Part shown: one piece after another, positions 18,827 to 30,005 of the stretch
How positions within the stretch are numbered: position 1 is the first letter of the stretch
Layout: the number at the start of each line of letters is the position of its first letter
DNA from: a virus
Lineage: Duplodnaviria; Caudoviricetes
Strand: one strand, 5' to 3'
IMG/VR virus record: IMGVR_UViG_3300021962_000005
Span: 1 to 56,093 of that record
DNA: 56,093 bases
The notes under the pieces: generated by a model
The model's input: only the letters and a program-made list of their open reading frames with translations
Database searches by the model: none
Told to the model about the DNA's origin: nothing
Program-made: the position numbers and the translations under genes

Positions 18827-19522
18827 CTAGTCTTTCTTGGGTCCGGGCAGCTTCTGAAGCGTCTTTATTGTTTCAGAACGGGTACCCTTTACCCACTCAT
18901 CCAGAGCCGCGTGGCCCCGGTCGATGTCGCCGTTACCAGCCCACATGACTTCTTCGGGAGACAGGACGTATTCGCCGCCAGCGGCGACAATAGCAACCGG
19001 ATCCCCCTCCTGTTCAGCGCCAGTTATTGCAGCGCCTCCCGCGTTCTTAAACATAATTTTGACTGCGCGAAAGCCAGCCATGGTGTTACCCTCACCCAGA
19101 GATGAAACAATGTCCGCCGGGATGACATACGCGCCACTTGGGACGTGCATCGGCAAGTGGTCTGTGCGCCCAGCCACGGGACTGTGAATAGGCCCGACGT
19201 GCAGCTTTTCCGGAGCACCGGTCGGAAGGGGCGCTTTTGTTGGTCCGCCTGTCTTTTTCTTTTCCGGGTCGTCAATCCAGAACATCTTGTCGACGTTCAG
19301 TGAATTGACGTGCGGCAAGCCTTTCGGAGCCGGAGCCAAGTCGCGAAGTTCTTTCGGTACGTCATTGACGTTTGGCATTTTTGCCTTTCCGCCAGCCTGC
19401 CGCGCCTTCCGCGCAGTTTCAAGTGCCGCCGCAACAGCCTGCTTCTGCGGGTGACCGGCCTTCACCATCTCCGAAATATTGGAGCTGATTGTCTTCTGAG
19501 AGGAACCGTGTTTCAAAGGCAT
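18827..19522 (-). CDS. Hypothetical internal virion protein
   Basis: MPLKHGSSQKTISSNISEM..AGHPQKQAVAAAL; GRTDHLP..GAYVIPAD; GGEYVLSP. Confidence 0.7.
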   Translation of the reverse strand: MPLKHGSSQKTISSNISEMVKAGHPQKQAVAAALETARKARQAGGKAKMPNVNDVPKELRDLAPAPKGLPHVNSLNVDKMFWIDDPEKKKTGGPTKAPLPTGAPEKLHVGPIHSPVAGRTDHLPMHVPSGAYVIPADIVSSLGEGNTMAGFRAVKIMFKNAGGAAITGAEQEGDPVAIVAAGGEYVLSPEEVMWAGNGDIDRGHAALDEWVKGTRSETIKTLQKLPGPKKD

Positions 19523-19524
19523 GA

Positions 19525-20817
19525 TTACACCGTCAGATTGTAGAACGATAAAGCGCCCGTCGCCGCGCCAACGGGGCTGTTGTTTAAGCCCCTAGCCGCA
19601 AGAGTGTAGGTGTCGCTTGCGCCAAACCCATTGCCAGACAAAGCCGCTGTGTAGCCAAGCTGCAAATCAAAGTTGTAGCCCGTGTGCACATCGGTGCTGA
19701 AGGTGGACTGAGACGAGTCGGCGGCGTAGGAGGTCTGGACAATGTTGTTGGCTGTTGCTGTTGCAGAAGTCGCAGAGAAGTCAACGTCTACTTGGCCATT
19801 GGCAAGAGCCGACCCGCCCCACGTTGCCCCCGTCAGTGTGGCGTTTTTTATAAGGGCGACTTCATACCCCGTCGCGCCGCTGGATGTTGGATAAAGCTGA
19901 ATGCCTTCTGGCAGCACAACCGCTCCATAATAGGAGGAATTGACCCGGATTGACAGAAGGGGAGTAAACGTCAAGCCCGTATTGTTGGCGATTGTTATAC
20001 CATTGGCGTCTCGTCTGGCAACAAATCTCTGCGAAGTCTGTTGATAGCCAGCTTCGGAAATTACCGTGGAACAGATCATCTGTAGCGTCGCTGCCGCTGC
20101 GGTTGTGTCGGTTGTCACTATTTCATAGCGAAGCGGCAAAATAGCTGTTTGCATATAAACATCAGTGCCAATATTGGAGTTCTCAAACGTATGGCAAACA
20201 ACATACTGGCCATTGATAACAAAACCGCAGCGAACATTACCTACGCCCAGCCACTCGAAATCAAACCACAAAATCTGTGTTTTTGTGAGATCTAGCGTGA
20301 CGCCAGAAGGCCCAGAGCCGTCGAGCTTGTCGCCATTCCAACTTGCCTGCGCGACGTAGCGGCTGTCGTCAACGGATCCGCCAGTGTATGTGCGAATAAC
20401 AAACGTGACACCGTTTGCGCCCTGCTCAAGGTAGACGCCGTTGTACGCGCCAAAGTACCCAACCCGCTGGCGTAAATTTGTAGCAGCCCCCGCCATACTG
20501 AATGTTTGCAGAGTCAATAAGCTCTTGCCCGGCTGATACGGGAATACCCGCTTCGACTGCGCCATAGATGTCGAGCCAGACGTTGTTGTGACAGACAAAT
20601 TAACCGATGATTTATTCGTATTATATGTGTTTGTCCCACCATTTGCTGTGACGTAACTATACTGCGGGTCTGCCCCAAAACGCGACTGGCTATCAAAAAT
20701 AGTATATGGTTGAGAGATGCGAAGACGGCCAAATGCGTCTACCGTCCCGCCGCCAAACTGAGTGTAGGTGGCGTTGTTTACAGATGAACCATACGGAGGG
20801 TAAACCGTTATTGTCAT
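19525..20817 (-). CDS. Putative virion structural (lectin/beta-rich) protein
   Basis: DAFGRLRISQP, YQPGKS, WLGVGNVRCGF motifs; beta-rich; tail module. Confidence 0.7.
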   Translation of the reverse strand: MTITVYPPYGSSVNNATYTQFGGGTVDAFGRLRISQPYTIFDSQSRFGADPQYSYVTANGGTNTYNTNKSSVNLSVTTTSGSTSMAQSKRVFPYQPGKSLLTLQTFSMAGAATNLRQRVGYFGAYNGVYLEQGANGVTFVIRTYTGGSVDDSRYVAQASWNGDKLDGSGPSGVTLDLTKTQILWFDFEWLGVGNVRCGFVINGQYVVCHTFENSNIGTDVYMQTAILPLRYEIVTTDTTAAAATLQMICSTVISEAGYQQTSQRFVARRDANGITIANNTGLTFTPLLSIRVNSSYYGAVVLPEGIQLYPTSSGATGYEVALIKNATLTGATWGGSALANGQVDVDFSATSATATANNIVQTSYAADSSQSTFSTDVHTGYNFDLQLGYTAALSGNGFGASDTYTLAARGLNNSPVGAATGALSFYNLTV

Positions 20818-21233
20818 TGGCCCGGCCCCCCTCCAACCTTAATGGTTACCGTAGACGCCGACGCTTGCGCCTGAACGCTACCGCCAGCAGATAACACCTG
20901 TTGGCCCGTCCACTGAACTGTCGTATTGCCGGGTATCGGGGCATTGTAAAATACGGCGTTTGCGGCTCCAGCACTTTCACCAGACGGCACAAGACACACT
21001 GTAAATGTCGCCGACGCTCCAGACGTATTGCAAATTTCTATATCGACAATGGCCGTCTGCCTGCCAGACGGGACAGCATATAAAGTTCCAAACGATCCGG
21101 TTGTTGCGGCACCGGAGCTTAATGGAGTGCCGCGAGAGTAATTCCACAATCCCGTAGCGGCGATGCCGATGTTGTTTATCGCAACGACGCCGTTCTTTTG
21201 AGTTGTTAGAATGTCATCGAGTGACGCGGCCAT
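20814..21233 (-). CDS. Putative tail structural protein
   Basis: 139 aa; LYAVPSG..IEICNTS beta-sandwich pattern; coupled to neighbours. Confidence 0.65.
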   Translation of the reverse strand: MAASLDDILTTQKNGVVAINNIGIAATGLWNYSRGTPLSSGAATTGSFGTLYAVPSGRQTAIVDIEICNTSGASATFTVCLVPSGESAGAANAVFYNAPIPGNTTVQWTGQQVLSAGGSVQAQASASTVTIKVGGGPGQ

Positions 21234-23326
21234 CAGTATTTCCCATCAACCTGCGAACGGTAGCGAATATTTCCAAGTCGCCAGAAAGTGTCAATGTCTG
21301 TGCTCTCCAGCTTGACAGACAACAACCGAGCACGAATACGGGGCGTGATAAACTTCGTACCGGCGGTCATGATGTAGGGACCATACTCTATAGGCGTGTC
21401 GCCGGGGTAGTCTGCCCCGTAGAATGTAATGTTGACGTTTGCGCCCTGCGTGCCGCCGAAATAGCCCCACTTCATGTCAGGCCAGACCTGATCAATGAAC
21501 ATCTTCACGTCGGCCTCGTTGACTGCGAAGTAGCCAGTTTGGAATGATGATACCATAGGTCTTGTGTCAGCGTTCTGAGAAGTCTCATGCTGATAGATGT
21601 GCTGATCAAGCGCTGCCCCGATAGGGGGACCAAGGACGCTCTCGTTGATCCAAGCGGTGCGAGAAACATATGGATTGTCGTCCGTATTGAAACCGTAGTC
21701 CCACTGATCAATCAACGTGTTATATTTGAGATAGCCGTAATTCTCACCGCCATTACTCGTGGTTGGGAAGAACCACATGATTTCGCCAAAGCGACTGTTT
21801 GCAGCGAAACGTATTTTATCAAGATTGTTTGTGTCCAGTTCCTGAAAGACAACATCCCAGACGGGACAACGGATCGGCTCAACTCCGCCGCCAGCTAGGC
21901 GATAGAATTGACTTGGCCCCATCCAGTAGACCGCGCCGCCCACAGAGCCTGCGGCCTTTGCGCCGATTAGGCCGCATCCATTGCCGATCTCGTTGAACTG
22001 ATAGACGTATGGTGGCCCAGAATACTGCATGGCCCAGACGCCAATGTCTGTCCAAATGAGACCCTGCTGCGGCCCCTGAATACATTGGACGATGCGGGAA
22101 CCCTTCGGAATGCGGTAGGATCCCGCCTGATTGGTGACAAGCGCAATCCACGAATTGTAGTTGTCGACGTCGCACCAGCGAATAAGAAGCGGATCCTTGA
22201 TGCCTGTGAACGTAGAGCCCCACGCAACAATCTGACGCTGCGGCATTGCGACAAACATACCGTCGTTGACCGGAGGAGCGTTCGGTATCACTAGGGCCAC
22301 AGGGTCGCCACTTGGCGGGCTCCACTGATAAATTGGGCCGTTGTTGGGACACGAGATCAGCGTGTCACCCCAATTGTCGAGGGTCCAGTCGGTAGCATTT
22401 ATAGGCGTCCCAATTCCTGCAATTGGCGGAATACCAGACCCATACGCGCCCCCACCATACGGGCCAGTGCCGAACCCAGTGCCAGCCGGGATAGGGCCAA
22501 TCCCGTTGTAGAATATCGCGTATAGGTTTCCCCCGTTTTCAGACACGCTCGCAGTTGCCGTGGCTTCGGTGCTGCCAGCAATAGTGAATTGCGAGGAACT
22601 GATAACTCCGCGGACGATGTAATTTCCGTAAAGCGTAATGCCGCCGACAAGCGTCGCGATCAGCACGGGGAAATTTCCCCCCGCAACCAGCCCGTGATCG
22701 GCGAGCGTAACAGTAACGGTATTGGATCCGCTCGTTGTGGCGTAGACGGCTGTCGCTCCGCCACCACTTACCGTAGACGTGGCGTATTGCGGGTCGCCAA
22801 GAGCGTCCTTGGCATAGATTTCATACTGATTTGCAGACGCGCCTGAGTTATAGACCTGATACTGACCAAAAAGAACAAGCCCCCCGACGCTAATCTCCGT
22901 TCTAATGTCGATGGCGTCATACGGGTCAGCCTGTCGGCCAGTGTCCGTTATGATGACTTCGTTGCTGCCGGCGACTGTCGAAAAGGCAACAGCGATGTCG
23001 ACAACCGTTGTCTGTGGCGTGATGTCGTTTTGAGCCCCGGAGACAATAACACTAAGGGCCTGCCCGCCCCCCGCAGCAATGCCTTCCGCGCCAACGCCAA
23101 GATATGAATTGGCATTTATATCTTCCCACGCCCAAAGGTTTCGGATGATAGACCCGATTGTGTTCGGAAAATATTTTGTCCAGCCCCCGAGCTTCTGGAT
23201 GATTGCCCCTAGCGAACGGTCCGGAACAAAGCGAACAAGCTGGCTTTCCGATATGGCCGCCTCATTGAGGGCGGGCGTCTTATTCTGATCGACGCCGGGA
23301 ATGAGCTTTAGCGATGAGTGGGGCAT
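21233..23326 (-). CDS. Tail nozzle/tubular protein B-like (P22 gp10-like)
   Basis: 697 aa; WTLDNWGD, LIRWCD, GCGLIG, VYWMG beta-propeller repeats; position after adaptor. Confidence 0.75.
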   Translation of the reverse strand: MPHSSLKLIPGVDQNKTPALNEAAISESQLVRFVPDRSLGAIIQKLGGWTKYFPNTIGSIIRNLWAWEDINANSYLGVGAEGIAAGGGQALSVIVSGAQNDITPQTTVVDIAVAFSTVAGSNEVIITDTGRQADPYDAIDIRTEISVGGLVLFGQYQVYNSGASANQYEIYAKDALGDPQYATSTVSGGGATAVYATTSGSNTVTVTLADHGLVAGGNFPVLIATLVGGITLYGNYIVRGVISSSQFTIAGSTEATATASVSENGGNLYAIFYNGIGPIPAGTGFGTGPYGGGAYGSGIPPIAGIGTPINATDWTLDNWGDTLISCPNNGPIYQWSPPSGDPVALVIPNAPPVNDGMFVAMPQRQIVAWGSTFTGIKDPLLIRWCDVDNYNSWIALVTNQAGSYRIPKGSRIVQCIQGPQQGLIWTDIGVWAMQYSGPPYVYQFNEIGNGCGLIGAKAAGSVGGAVYWMGPSQFYRLAGGGVEPIRCPVWDVVFQELDTNNLDKIRFAANSRFGEIMWFFPTTSNGGENYGYLKYNTLIDQWDYGFNTDDNPYVSRTAWINESVLGPPIGAALDQHIYQHETSQNADTRPMVSSFQTGYFAVNEADVKMFIDQVWPDMKWGYFGGTQGANVNITFYGADYPGDTPIEYGPYIMTAGTKFITPRIRARLLSVKLESTDIDTFWRLGNIRYRSQVDGKY

Positions 23327-23329
23327 TCA

Positions 23330-24043
23330 TCACCTCGTCGGCGTGGCAAGTGGCGACGGGGACTGAGACGACCACGCGGACGCCTCAAACTTCTTCCGGA
23401 CCTCTTCAGACAGAGCCCCCTTCAGCAAGGTCTGATACTGACCCTCATAGCTCTGCGCCATGGCAGGATCGTCGGACTGTCTGCCAAAGTTTCGCTGGTA
23501 TGCCGAAATATAAACCATGCTGGCCATGATGAAGAGGTCTGGCAAGTAGTCCGAGATGAATGTCGTCGTATTGGAGTTAGACAAGCTCGCCGGGCGCTGC
23601 GTGCCAACGATCTCTACATAATAGGTGTCATCGGAAAACGGGCCGACGTAGAACAAGTTGTCATTGAACGGCGCAAAATATTTCGGAAATCCTGTGGCCG
23701 AGGAGGATCCGTAAACATTATCGAGAAACTCTTTTGTCGCCGGCAGTAACGCGTTTCTGACACCAGCGTCAGGGTCAGACGTCCCGGAGGGAGTAATGAC
23801 ATTGATCTGCTCAGATACCACCAGAGTGCCGGCGGGGACAGTTATCGTGCGCGTTCCACTTGCTAACTGATAACCCGTCACTGCGGTCGATGTTTGGAGC
23901 AGGTCAAGGTCGCGGTAAATCCGGTTTTCAGCGTAGGTTATGGCCTGCGGCAGGACAATCAGAAAATCGGCGTTCGTCTCCTCGACCACGGCCATCGTCG
24001 CGATCTGGGTCTTGTAGGTCGAGTAAGTCAGGCCGGTAGTCAT
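23330..24043 (-). CDS. Head-tail adaptor-like protein
   Basis: LTYSTYK..AENRIYRDL..G.PKYF..TTFISDYLPDL. Confidence 0.7.
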   Translation of the reverse strand: MTTGLTYSTYKTQIATMAVVEETNADFLIVLPQAITYAENRIYRDLDLLQTSTAVTGYQLASGTRTITVPAGTLVVSEQINVITPSGTSDPDAGVRNALLPATKEFLDNVYGSSSATGFPKYFAPFNDNLFYVGPFSDDTYYVEIVGTQRPASLSNSNTTTFISDYLPDLFIMASMVYISAYQRNFGRQSDDPAMAQSYEGQYQTLLKGALSEEVRKKFEASAWSSQSPSPLATPTR

Positions 24044-24074
24044 GAAATTCTCCGATAATGGCGCATAATATCAC

Positions 24075-24272
24075 TTATTTACCGGCTTTGCACCACCCCT
24101 GACGCCGAGCGTTATTCACCTTAACCTCGACAATAGTCTGGTCAGTATCCTTTGACGACCAGCCAACTGGCTTCCAGACTTCGCAGACTGCCGAATTAGT
24201 CGCGACGATGCCCGTCATTTTCGCGCAACCGCTCAGGGTCACGGCTGACAGCATCGCCAGCGGCAATAGCAT
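24075..24272 (-). CDS. o-spanin (Rz1-like lipoprotein)
   Basis: MLLPLAMLSAVTLSGC lipobox; overlaps the i-spanin in another frame. Confidence 0.75.
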   Translation of the reverse strand: MLLPLAMLSAVTLSGCAKMTGIVATNSAVCEVWKPVGWSSKDTDQTIVEVKVNNARRQGWCKAGK

Positions 24273-24429
24273 TTTGCGTGCGATTGAGAACATCCGCATT
24301 GTTTTCAGCCTCAATTTTCTGTTTAGCGTCCCTGCGCCCCTTGCCGTAGATCGTAAGGATCGCCGCCAAAAGACCAATAACAGCCGCAGCCCAACGCATA
24401 ATCGGGCTTACAAACCAGTTCATTAGCAT
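24196..24429 (-). CDS. i-spanin (Rz-like)
   Basis: N-terminal TM segment then a helical region; downstream of endolysin. Confidence 0.7.
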   Translation of the reverse strand: MLMNWFVSPIMRWAAAVIGLLAAILTIYGKGRRDAKQKIEAENNADVLNRTQNAIAAGDAVSRDPERLRENDGHRRD

Positions 24430-24518
24430 TTTTTACCCCAAATCAGAAGGGCAATGACACACAAGGTTAGCGCAATGCTGATGGCATCACCCATAGATAC
24501 AACAATACCTGTATTCAT
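24423..24518 (-). CDS. 31-aa single-TM peptide in the lysis cassette
   Basis: MNTGIVVSMGDAISIALTLCVIALLIWGKKC; overlaps the endolysin stop and the i-spanin start. Confidence 0.45.
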   Translation of the reverse strand: MNTGIVVSMGDAISIALTLCVIALLIWGKKC

Positions 24519-25246
24519 CACGAAGCCTCTTCATCCAGACGCTGCTTGCGCCAATACCAGATGCCAGCGGCGGCAACGGCGATGACAATGAACGCAATCA
24601 CCGCTGGCTTACCGAGAGCCTCAGAAAGGCCGGAAACGAACCCATTAGCCTGCTGAAGAACCGGGATGACCTCCTGCGCCGCAGCAACCGCGCCAGCGCC
24701 GCCAGCGACAACCGCCGCATTGGCCTCCTTGGACTTGGTGATCTTCTTGCTGGCTTCAGGCGTATCAGGAGACATACGACCCTCTTCCGCGTCGGCAGGA
24801 GCTTCCAAAGATCGCCACATTTCGCATTCAGCGCGGCGGCGTCGCACAAGCCCCGGAAGTACCTTTCCACCGCCCTTGGTCCACTTCATCAGCTCAGCGG
24901 GAACGTCATCAAAGCGCCCGGCATTTACACGCTTCAGAAGGGTAGACTTTCCTAGTGCCCCCAGACCGCAGTTAAAAGCAAAACTGACCACAACATCAAA
25001 CTGGTTCTGAGAAAGCTCAACCTTGACGAGCCCATTTACGCCTTGCTCAAAAACCGCAAGGTCAGATTTCAAGATTTCGGTCGCATTGGCGCGGGTGATC
25101 TTCATGCCGGGAGTAACCGTGGGCGCTCCTGCGGCAGACGTGTGACCGTAGCCAATAGTCCAAACTTTAGCCGGGCAGAGGTACGCCGTCAGACGCATAC
25201 CTTCAAATTCTTGGATCAGGGCAACGCCCGCATCAGAAGTTTTCAT
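24518..25246 (-). CDS. GH24 lysozyme endolysin with C-terminal hydrophobic segments
   Basis: FEGMRLTAYLCPAKVWTIGYGHT, QNQFD, FNCG, GLVRRRRAE; ends with TM segment and WYWRKQR. Confidence 0.92.
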   Translation of the reverse strand: MKTSDAGVALIQEFEGMRLTAYLCPAKVWTIGYGHTSAAGAPTVTPGMKITRANATEILKSDLAVFEQGVNGLVKVELSQNQFDVVVSFAFNCGLGALGKSTLLKRVNAGRFDDVPAELMKWTKGGGKVLPGLVRRRRAECEMWRSLEAPADAEEGRMSPDTPEASKKITKSKEANAAVVAGGAGAVAAAQEVIPVLQQANGFVSGLSEALGKPAVIAFIVIAVAAAGIWYWRKQRLDEEAS

Positions 25247-25248
25247 AG

Positions 25249-25716
25249 TTACTCTACCATAAACGTAAGATTGGGGTGCCGAGGGTAATTAACGGTAATT
25301 TCCCCTTCTGGGCATTTATACCGAATATGAGCAAGTAGTGTGGCCCTACCCTTAGCTACTTTTTTAGGGTTCTTTATTTTAATAGAATACGCGAACTTGT
25401 CTATGCCATCGCCAGCAGGACCAGAGAATTTGGCTATGCTTGGCTCGGCTTTGTGAACAAAAAGAGCCGAATCGCGGACTTCAAGCAAAAACCCCTCAAC
25501 CGAACAATCGTCTCGGAACTTTTTACGCGCAGCAACCACCTTAAAAGAACCATTCGCAGAACCGTTGCTGATAGAAAAGTGAGTAGGAGCCCACTCAAGA
25601 ATACGTTTGTCGGGAGGAAGAACCTTATCCCATAGGCTGTAACCGCCTGTAACAGCAGCGAAAAAAGCTGTGACAACGCCGATAACTTTTTTCCAATTTT
25701 CAGCGTCAGCCCACAT
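25249..25716 (-). CDS. Membrane-anchored hypothetical protein
   Basis: Start MWADAENW; one N-terminal TM segment; locally AT-richer. Confidence 0.65.
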   Translation of the reverse strand: MWADAENWKKVIGVVTAFFAAVTGGYSLWDKVLPPDKRILEWAPTHFSISNGSANGSFKVVAARKKFRDDCSVEGFLLEVRDSALFVHKAEPSIAKFSGPAGDGIDKFAYSIKIKNPKKVAKGRATLLAHIRYKCPEGEITVNYPRHPNLTFMVE

Positions 25717-25717
25717 A

Positions 25718-25963
25718 TTACTTGTCCATTTTTCCGTCAAGTTTATCAAAAATCTTCTGAACAATCCCCTCTATGCGCGACATTGTGTCGTGAAATTCGT
25801 CTTTGGAAACATAAGATTTTGGCAAATCAATTTCAATTTCGTGAACATCGTCTTTGAGTTTCTGGAGACTGTCCCAGACAACCCTCCCCCACCAGCCAAT
25901 TCCGGCCAAAATGATCCCGAGACTGAGGTTTATAAGGGTTTGCGCGTCAACTATCACTTTCAT
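25718..25963 (-). CDS. Holin-like / TM plus coiled-coil protein
   Basis: LINLSLGIILAGIGWWG TM; LPKSYVSKDEF; upstream of endolysin. Confidence 0.6.
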   Translation of the reverse strand: MKVIVDAQTLINLSLGIILAGIGWWGRVVWDSLQKLKDDVHEIEIDLPKSYVSKDEFHDTMSRIEGIVQKIFDKLDGKMDK

Positions 25964-27035
25964 TCTCCAAGGCGGCGGTGTAATGGTCCAAATTGGCTTT
26001 CAAGCGATCATCGTCCAGTGACAATTCGACGGCGAGTGTACCATGTTTTACCGCCAAACGGTATAGCCCGATCTTAAACGCTGAAATCGCAGCCAGATCG
26101 TGTGGCCAATGGCCCCACACGGTCGGATCGCATGTGTAAACGAGCGTCTTGTCTGTAATTTTCAGCGCACGCAGGCTCATGGCCAAGCACTCCTCCCACC
26201 GCTGCTGCTGATACATCAGGAGGGCCAGCTCGCACCAAGGCTCGCGGGTATTGGGAGCCTCTCCGCAGGCGGCAAGAAGCCACTTTTCGGCTTCTGTTGG
26301 ATTTCCCGTCTCGGAATAACACTTGGCCATAAGACGCTGGGCGTAGCACCGCTCATTCTGGTTGCTGGCGGCGTCCATGCTCAGATACGTCTTGAGCGCG
26401 CCTTTAGCATCCTCCCAGCGCCGGTAGAACGTGAGTTCCCGGCTGTAATAGAAATAGTGCGTCGGGTCTCGGTCATCCTCCTTAACCGCAACTTCCAGAA
26501 TTTCCATGTATTGCCCACGGCTCTTGGTCGGGTCTGGGTGATGGCTAACCAGTAGCTTGTCTGTTCTGGCACAGACTTCTGTTATTCTGGCGTCTATTCG
26601 GATGTCCTCATGGCACGGATGGTGCCAATGATACCCATGGCGTGAGTGGATTTTGTGATACGGGAAGCGAATGCCGCAGCCCCAGTCAAAGAGATACCAG
26701 AGGTTTGTGGTTTTACCGGGCTCCCAGACCCGTTCAATCTCCTCCCGCCATCCGGGTTCCATGACCTCATCAAGGTCTAGCGAAATACATATATCAATAT
26801 CACTATGAACAAGGGCGAGAGCAGCATTGCGAGCAAGGTCAAACCGCCAAGGGCTGATATGAATAGAATGAACGGACGCGCCGCATTCCCGAGCTTTTTC
26901 AACAGTGCCATCGGTACTCCCGGTGTCAGCTATTAGGACAAGATCAGCATCTTTGCATGACTTGCAAAAGCGTTCAACAAATTGCTCTTCGTTCTTGCTG
27001 ATCGCGTAGACAGCGATTTTGAGTCTTTCGGGCAT
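25947..27035 (-). CDS. GT2 glycosyltransferase with TPR repeats
   Basis: KIAVYAISKNE, DTGSTDGT, PWRFDLARN, SLDLDE (DxD); helical TPR-like C-terminus. Confidence 0.9.
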   Translation of the reverse strand: MPERLKIAVYAISKNEEQFVERFCKSCKDADLVLIADTGSTDGTVEKARECGASVHSIHISPWRFDLARNAALALVHSDIDICISLDLDEVMEPGWREEIERVWEPGKTTNLWYLFDWGCGIRFPYHKIHSRHGYHWHHPCHEDIRIDARITEVCARTDKLLVSHHPDPTKSRGQYMEILEVAVKEDDRDPTHYFYYSRELTFYRRWEDAKGALKTYLSMDAASNQNERCYAQRLMAKCYSETGNPTEAEKWLLAACGEAPNTREPWCELALLMYQQQRWEECLAMSLRALKITDKTLVYTCDPTVWGHWPHDLAAISAFKIGLYRLAVKHGTLAVELSLDDDRLKANLDHYTAALENESDS

Positions 27036-27093
27036 TCCCCTCTCCTAGAAAAAACAGCCTCAAAGGGTAGTCTGCTTTTGTGTACCTCCCAGA

Positions 27094-27377
27094 TTATGTA
27101 ATAAACGCAGGAGAACTAAGTGTACGCGCAGTGACAAGCGTATCCCCCGGCTCAATCCCACTGGATGCAGCAGTTGCCTGCGTTGTACCGTCGGGGAACT
27201 TAAAGCCTCCGGTTGGTCCAGTGGGGCCAATCGGTCCAGTCGGACCTGTCGACCCCGGAGCCAATCCCGCAATCTGCGAGGTTGTTACTCGTACAGAGAC
27301 GCCACCCTGAACAGCCTCAAGCTGCTCTTCGCCGTTCAAGCTAATTGCAACAGGCAGGTTGGGTATCTGTTTGCCAT
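27094..27377 (-). pseudogene. Frameshifted, truncated paralog of the collagen fibre gene
   Basis: ATGGCAAAC-AGATACCC lacks 4 nt relative to ATGGCCAACGTACAGATACCC of the 30002 gene; downstream frame encodes QIPNLPV..EQLEAVQ..GPTGP then stops early. Confidence 0.6.
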
Positions 27378-27410
27378 TCTATGCGCTTTCTCACCGAGCC
27401 AATTTAGATA

Positions 27411-27785
27411 TTATGGTTGAACTTCAATCCACGCAAGGGAAGCCTCATCCCAGCTATACAGTTTCTCATCTTCAGGATAAGGCACTGGGGCCATCCATTG
27501 ATAACTGTCTGTTAGAACCCAAGATGGGTAAGGCTTCTCCGGGATAAACGCGCCATTTGGCGCTGCCGTAGCGTCAAACGTGTAGCCAACCCCCGCATAA
27601 TTATAGCGGAAGTTGGCGTTGTAAGAGGTCTGCGCCCAGCGCGTGTCCGGGCCGAGCAGAGACTGGCAGAACGCGATACCGACAGGTTCGCTCTCTGGAA
27701 ACGGAAGGTTGTTGATCGAATCGTTCCCGACGACGATCACTTGAAGGACGGTGTTGTCCTGAGCCAATTCTGCGAAGTGTGCCAT
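27411..27785 (-). CDS. Hypothetical tail-fibre-associated protein
   Basis: MAHFAEL..WAQTSYN..FRYNYAGVGY..PYPSW..W.APVPYP, a motif set usually seen next to Gly-rich fibre genes. Confidence 0.75.
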   Translation of the reverse strand: MAHFAELAQDNTVLQVIVVGNDSINNLPFPESEPVGIAFCQSLLGPDTRWAQTSYNANFRYNYAGVGYTFDATAAPNGAFIPEKPYPSWVLTDSYQWMAPVPYPEDEKLYSWDEASLAWIEVQP

Positions 27786-27794
27786 GGTTTACTC

Positions 27795-28640
27795 TTAGAA
27801 AGTGATGCTGCCTGAACCGGTCCACCGGTAAATCCTGAAGCCGCCCGCAACCGTGATCGTCGGTGAGCCCGTGGTGGATGCCGCCGCCGCAAACGCTTCC
27901 GGATAACGAATAATGACGACGCCGGAGCCGCCTGAGCCACCATTGGCATTATTACCGCCACCGCCGCCTCCGCCTGTGTTTGCTGAACCTGATGTTCCAC
28001 CAGCGCCAAAGCTGGCTCCACCTGCGCCACCGCCGCCTGAGCCGCCCGACGTATTGGTAACCGCACCATAGCCACCGCCGCCACCGCCGCCAGCATAGGT
28101 AACAGAAGACCCAGAAATGGACGACGCGCTGCCATTACCACCCGTTCCCGCAGTGCTCCCAGAAGCAGTCCCGCCAACTGCACTCGCACCACCACCGCCG
28201 CCGCCACCATAGTTTGGAGACTGATTGCTCCCGCCGCCGTTGTTTCCTTCTGCCGGGCTATATCCGCCTTGGTTTCCCGTACCTGCCGCGCCGCCATAAC
28301 GAGAGCCAGCGCCAGAGCCGCCCGCACCACCGGCTTGCGCACCGCCGCCGGCAGGGGGTGCTCCTGCGCCGCCGCCTGTAGATGAAATAGAGCCGAACGT
28401 GCTGTTACTACCCTTTGCGGCTGGGCCGCCACCAGCGCCCACCGTAACGCTAACAGTTGACCCCGGTGTAACGGCAAATTCTGCGGCCGTCCTATAGCCG
28501 CCAGCGCCGCCGCCGCCACCATAATATCCACCACCACCCCCGCCAGCAACGACCAAATACGTCACCGAGGTCGCGCTTATAGACGAAAACTCGCCAAACC
28601 CACGAGATGAAAGCGAACCAAGGGTCGAGATGACGGGCAT
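27795..28640 (-). CDS. Glycine-rich virion protein
   Basis: YLVVAGGGGGG, GGGGAGG, YAGGGGG, GGSGVVIIRY, F.GSGSITF-like end. Confidence 0.8.
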   Translation of the reverse strand: MPVISTLGSLSSRGFGEFSSISATSVTYLVVAGGGGGGYYGGGGGAGGYRTAAEFAVTPGSTVSVTVGAGGGPAAKGSNSTFGSISSTGGGAGAPPAGGGAQAGGAGGSGAGSRYGGAAGTGNQGGYSPAEGNNGGGSNQSPNYGGGGGGGASAVGGTASGSTAGTGGNGSASSISGSSVTYAGGGGGGGYGAVTNTSGGSGGGGAGGASFGAGGTSGSANTGGGGGGGNNANGGSGGSGVVIIRYPEAFAAAASTTGSPTITVAGGFRIYRWTGSGSITF

Positions 28641-28649
28641 TGATTAGCC

Positions 28650-30002
<1,353 letters not shown>

Positions 30003-30005
30003 CTA

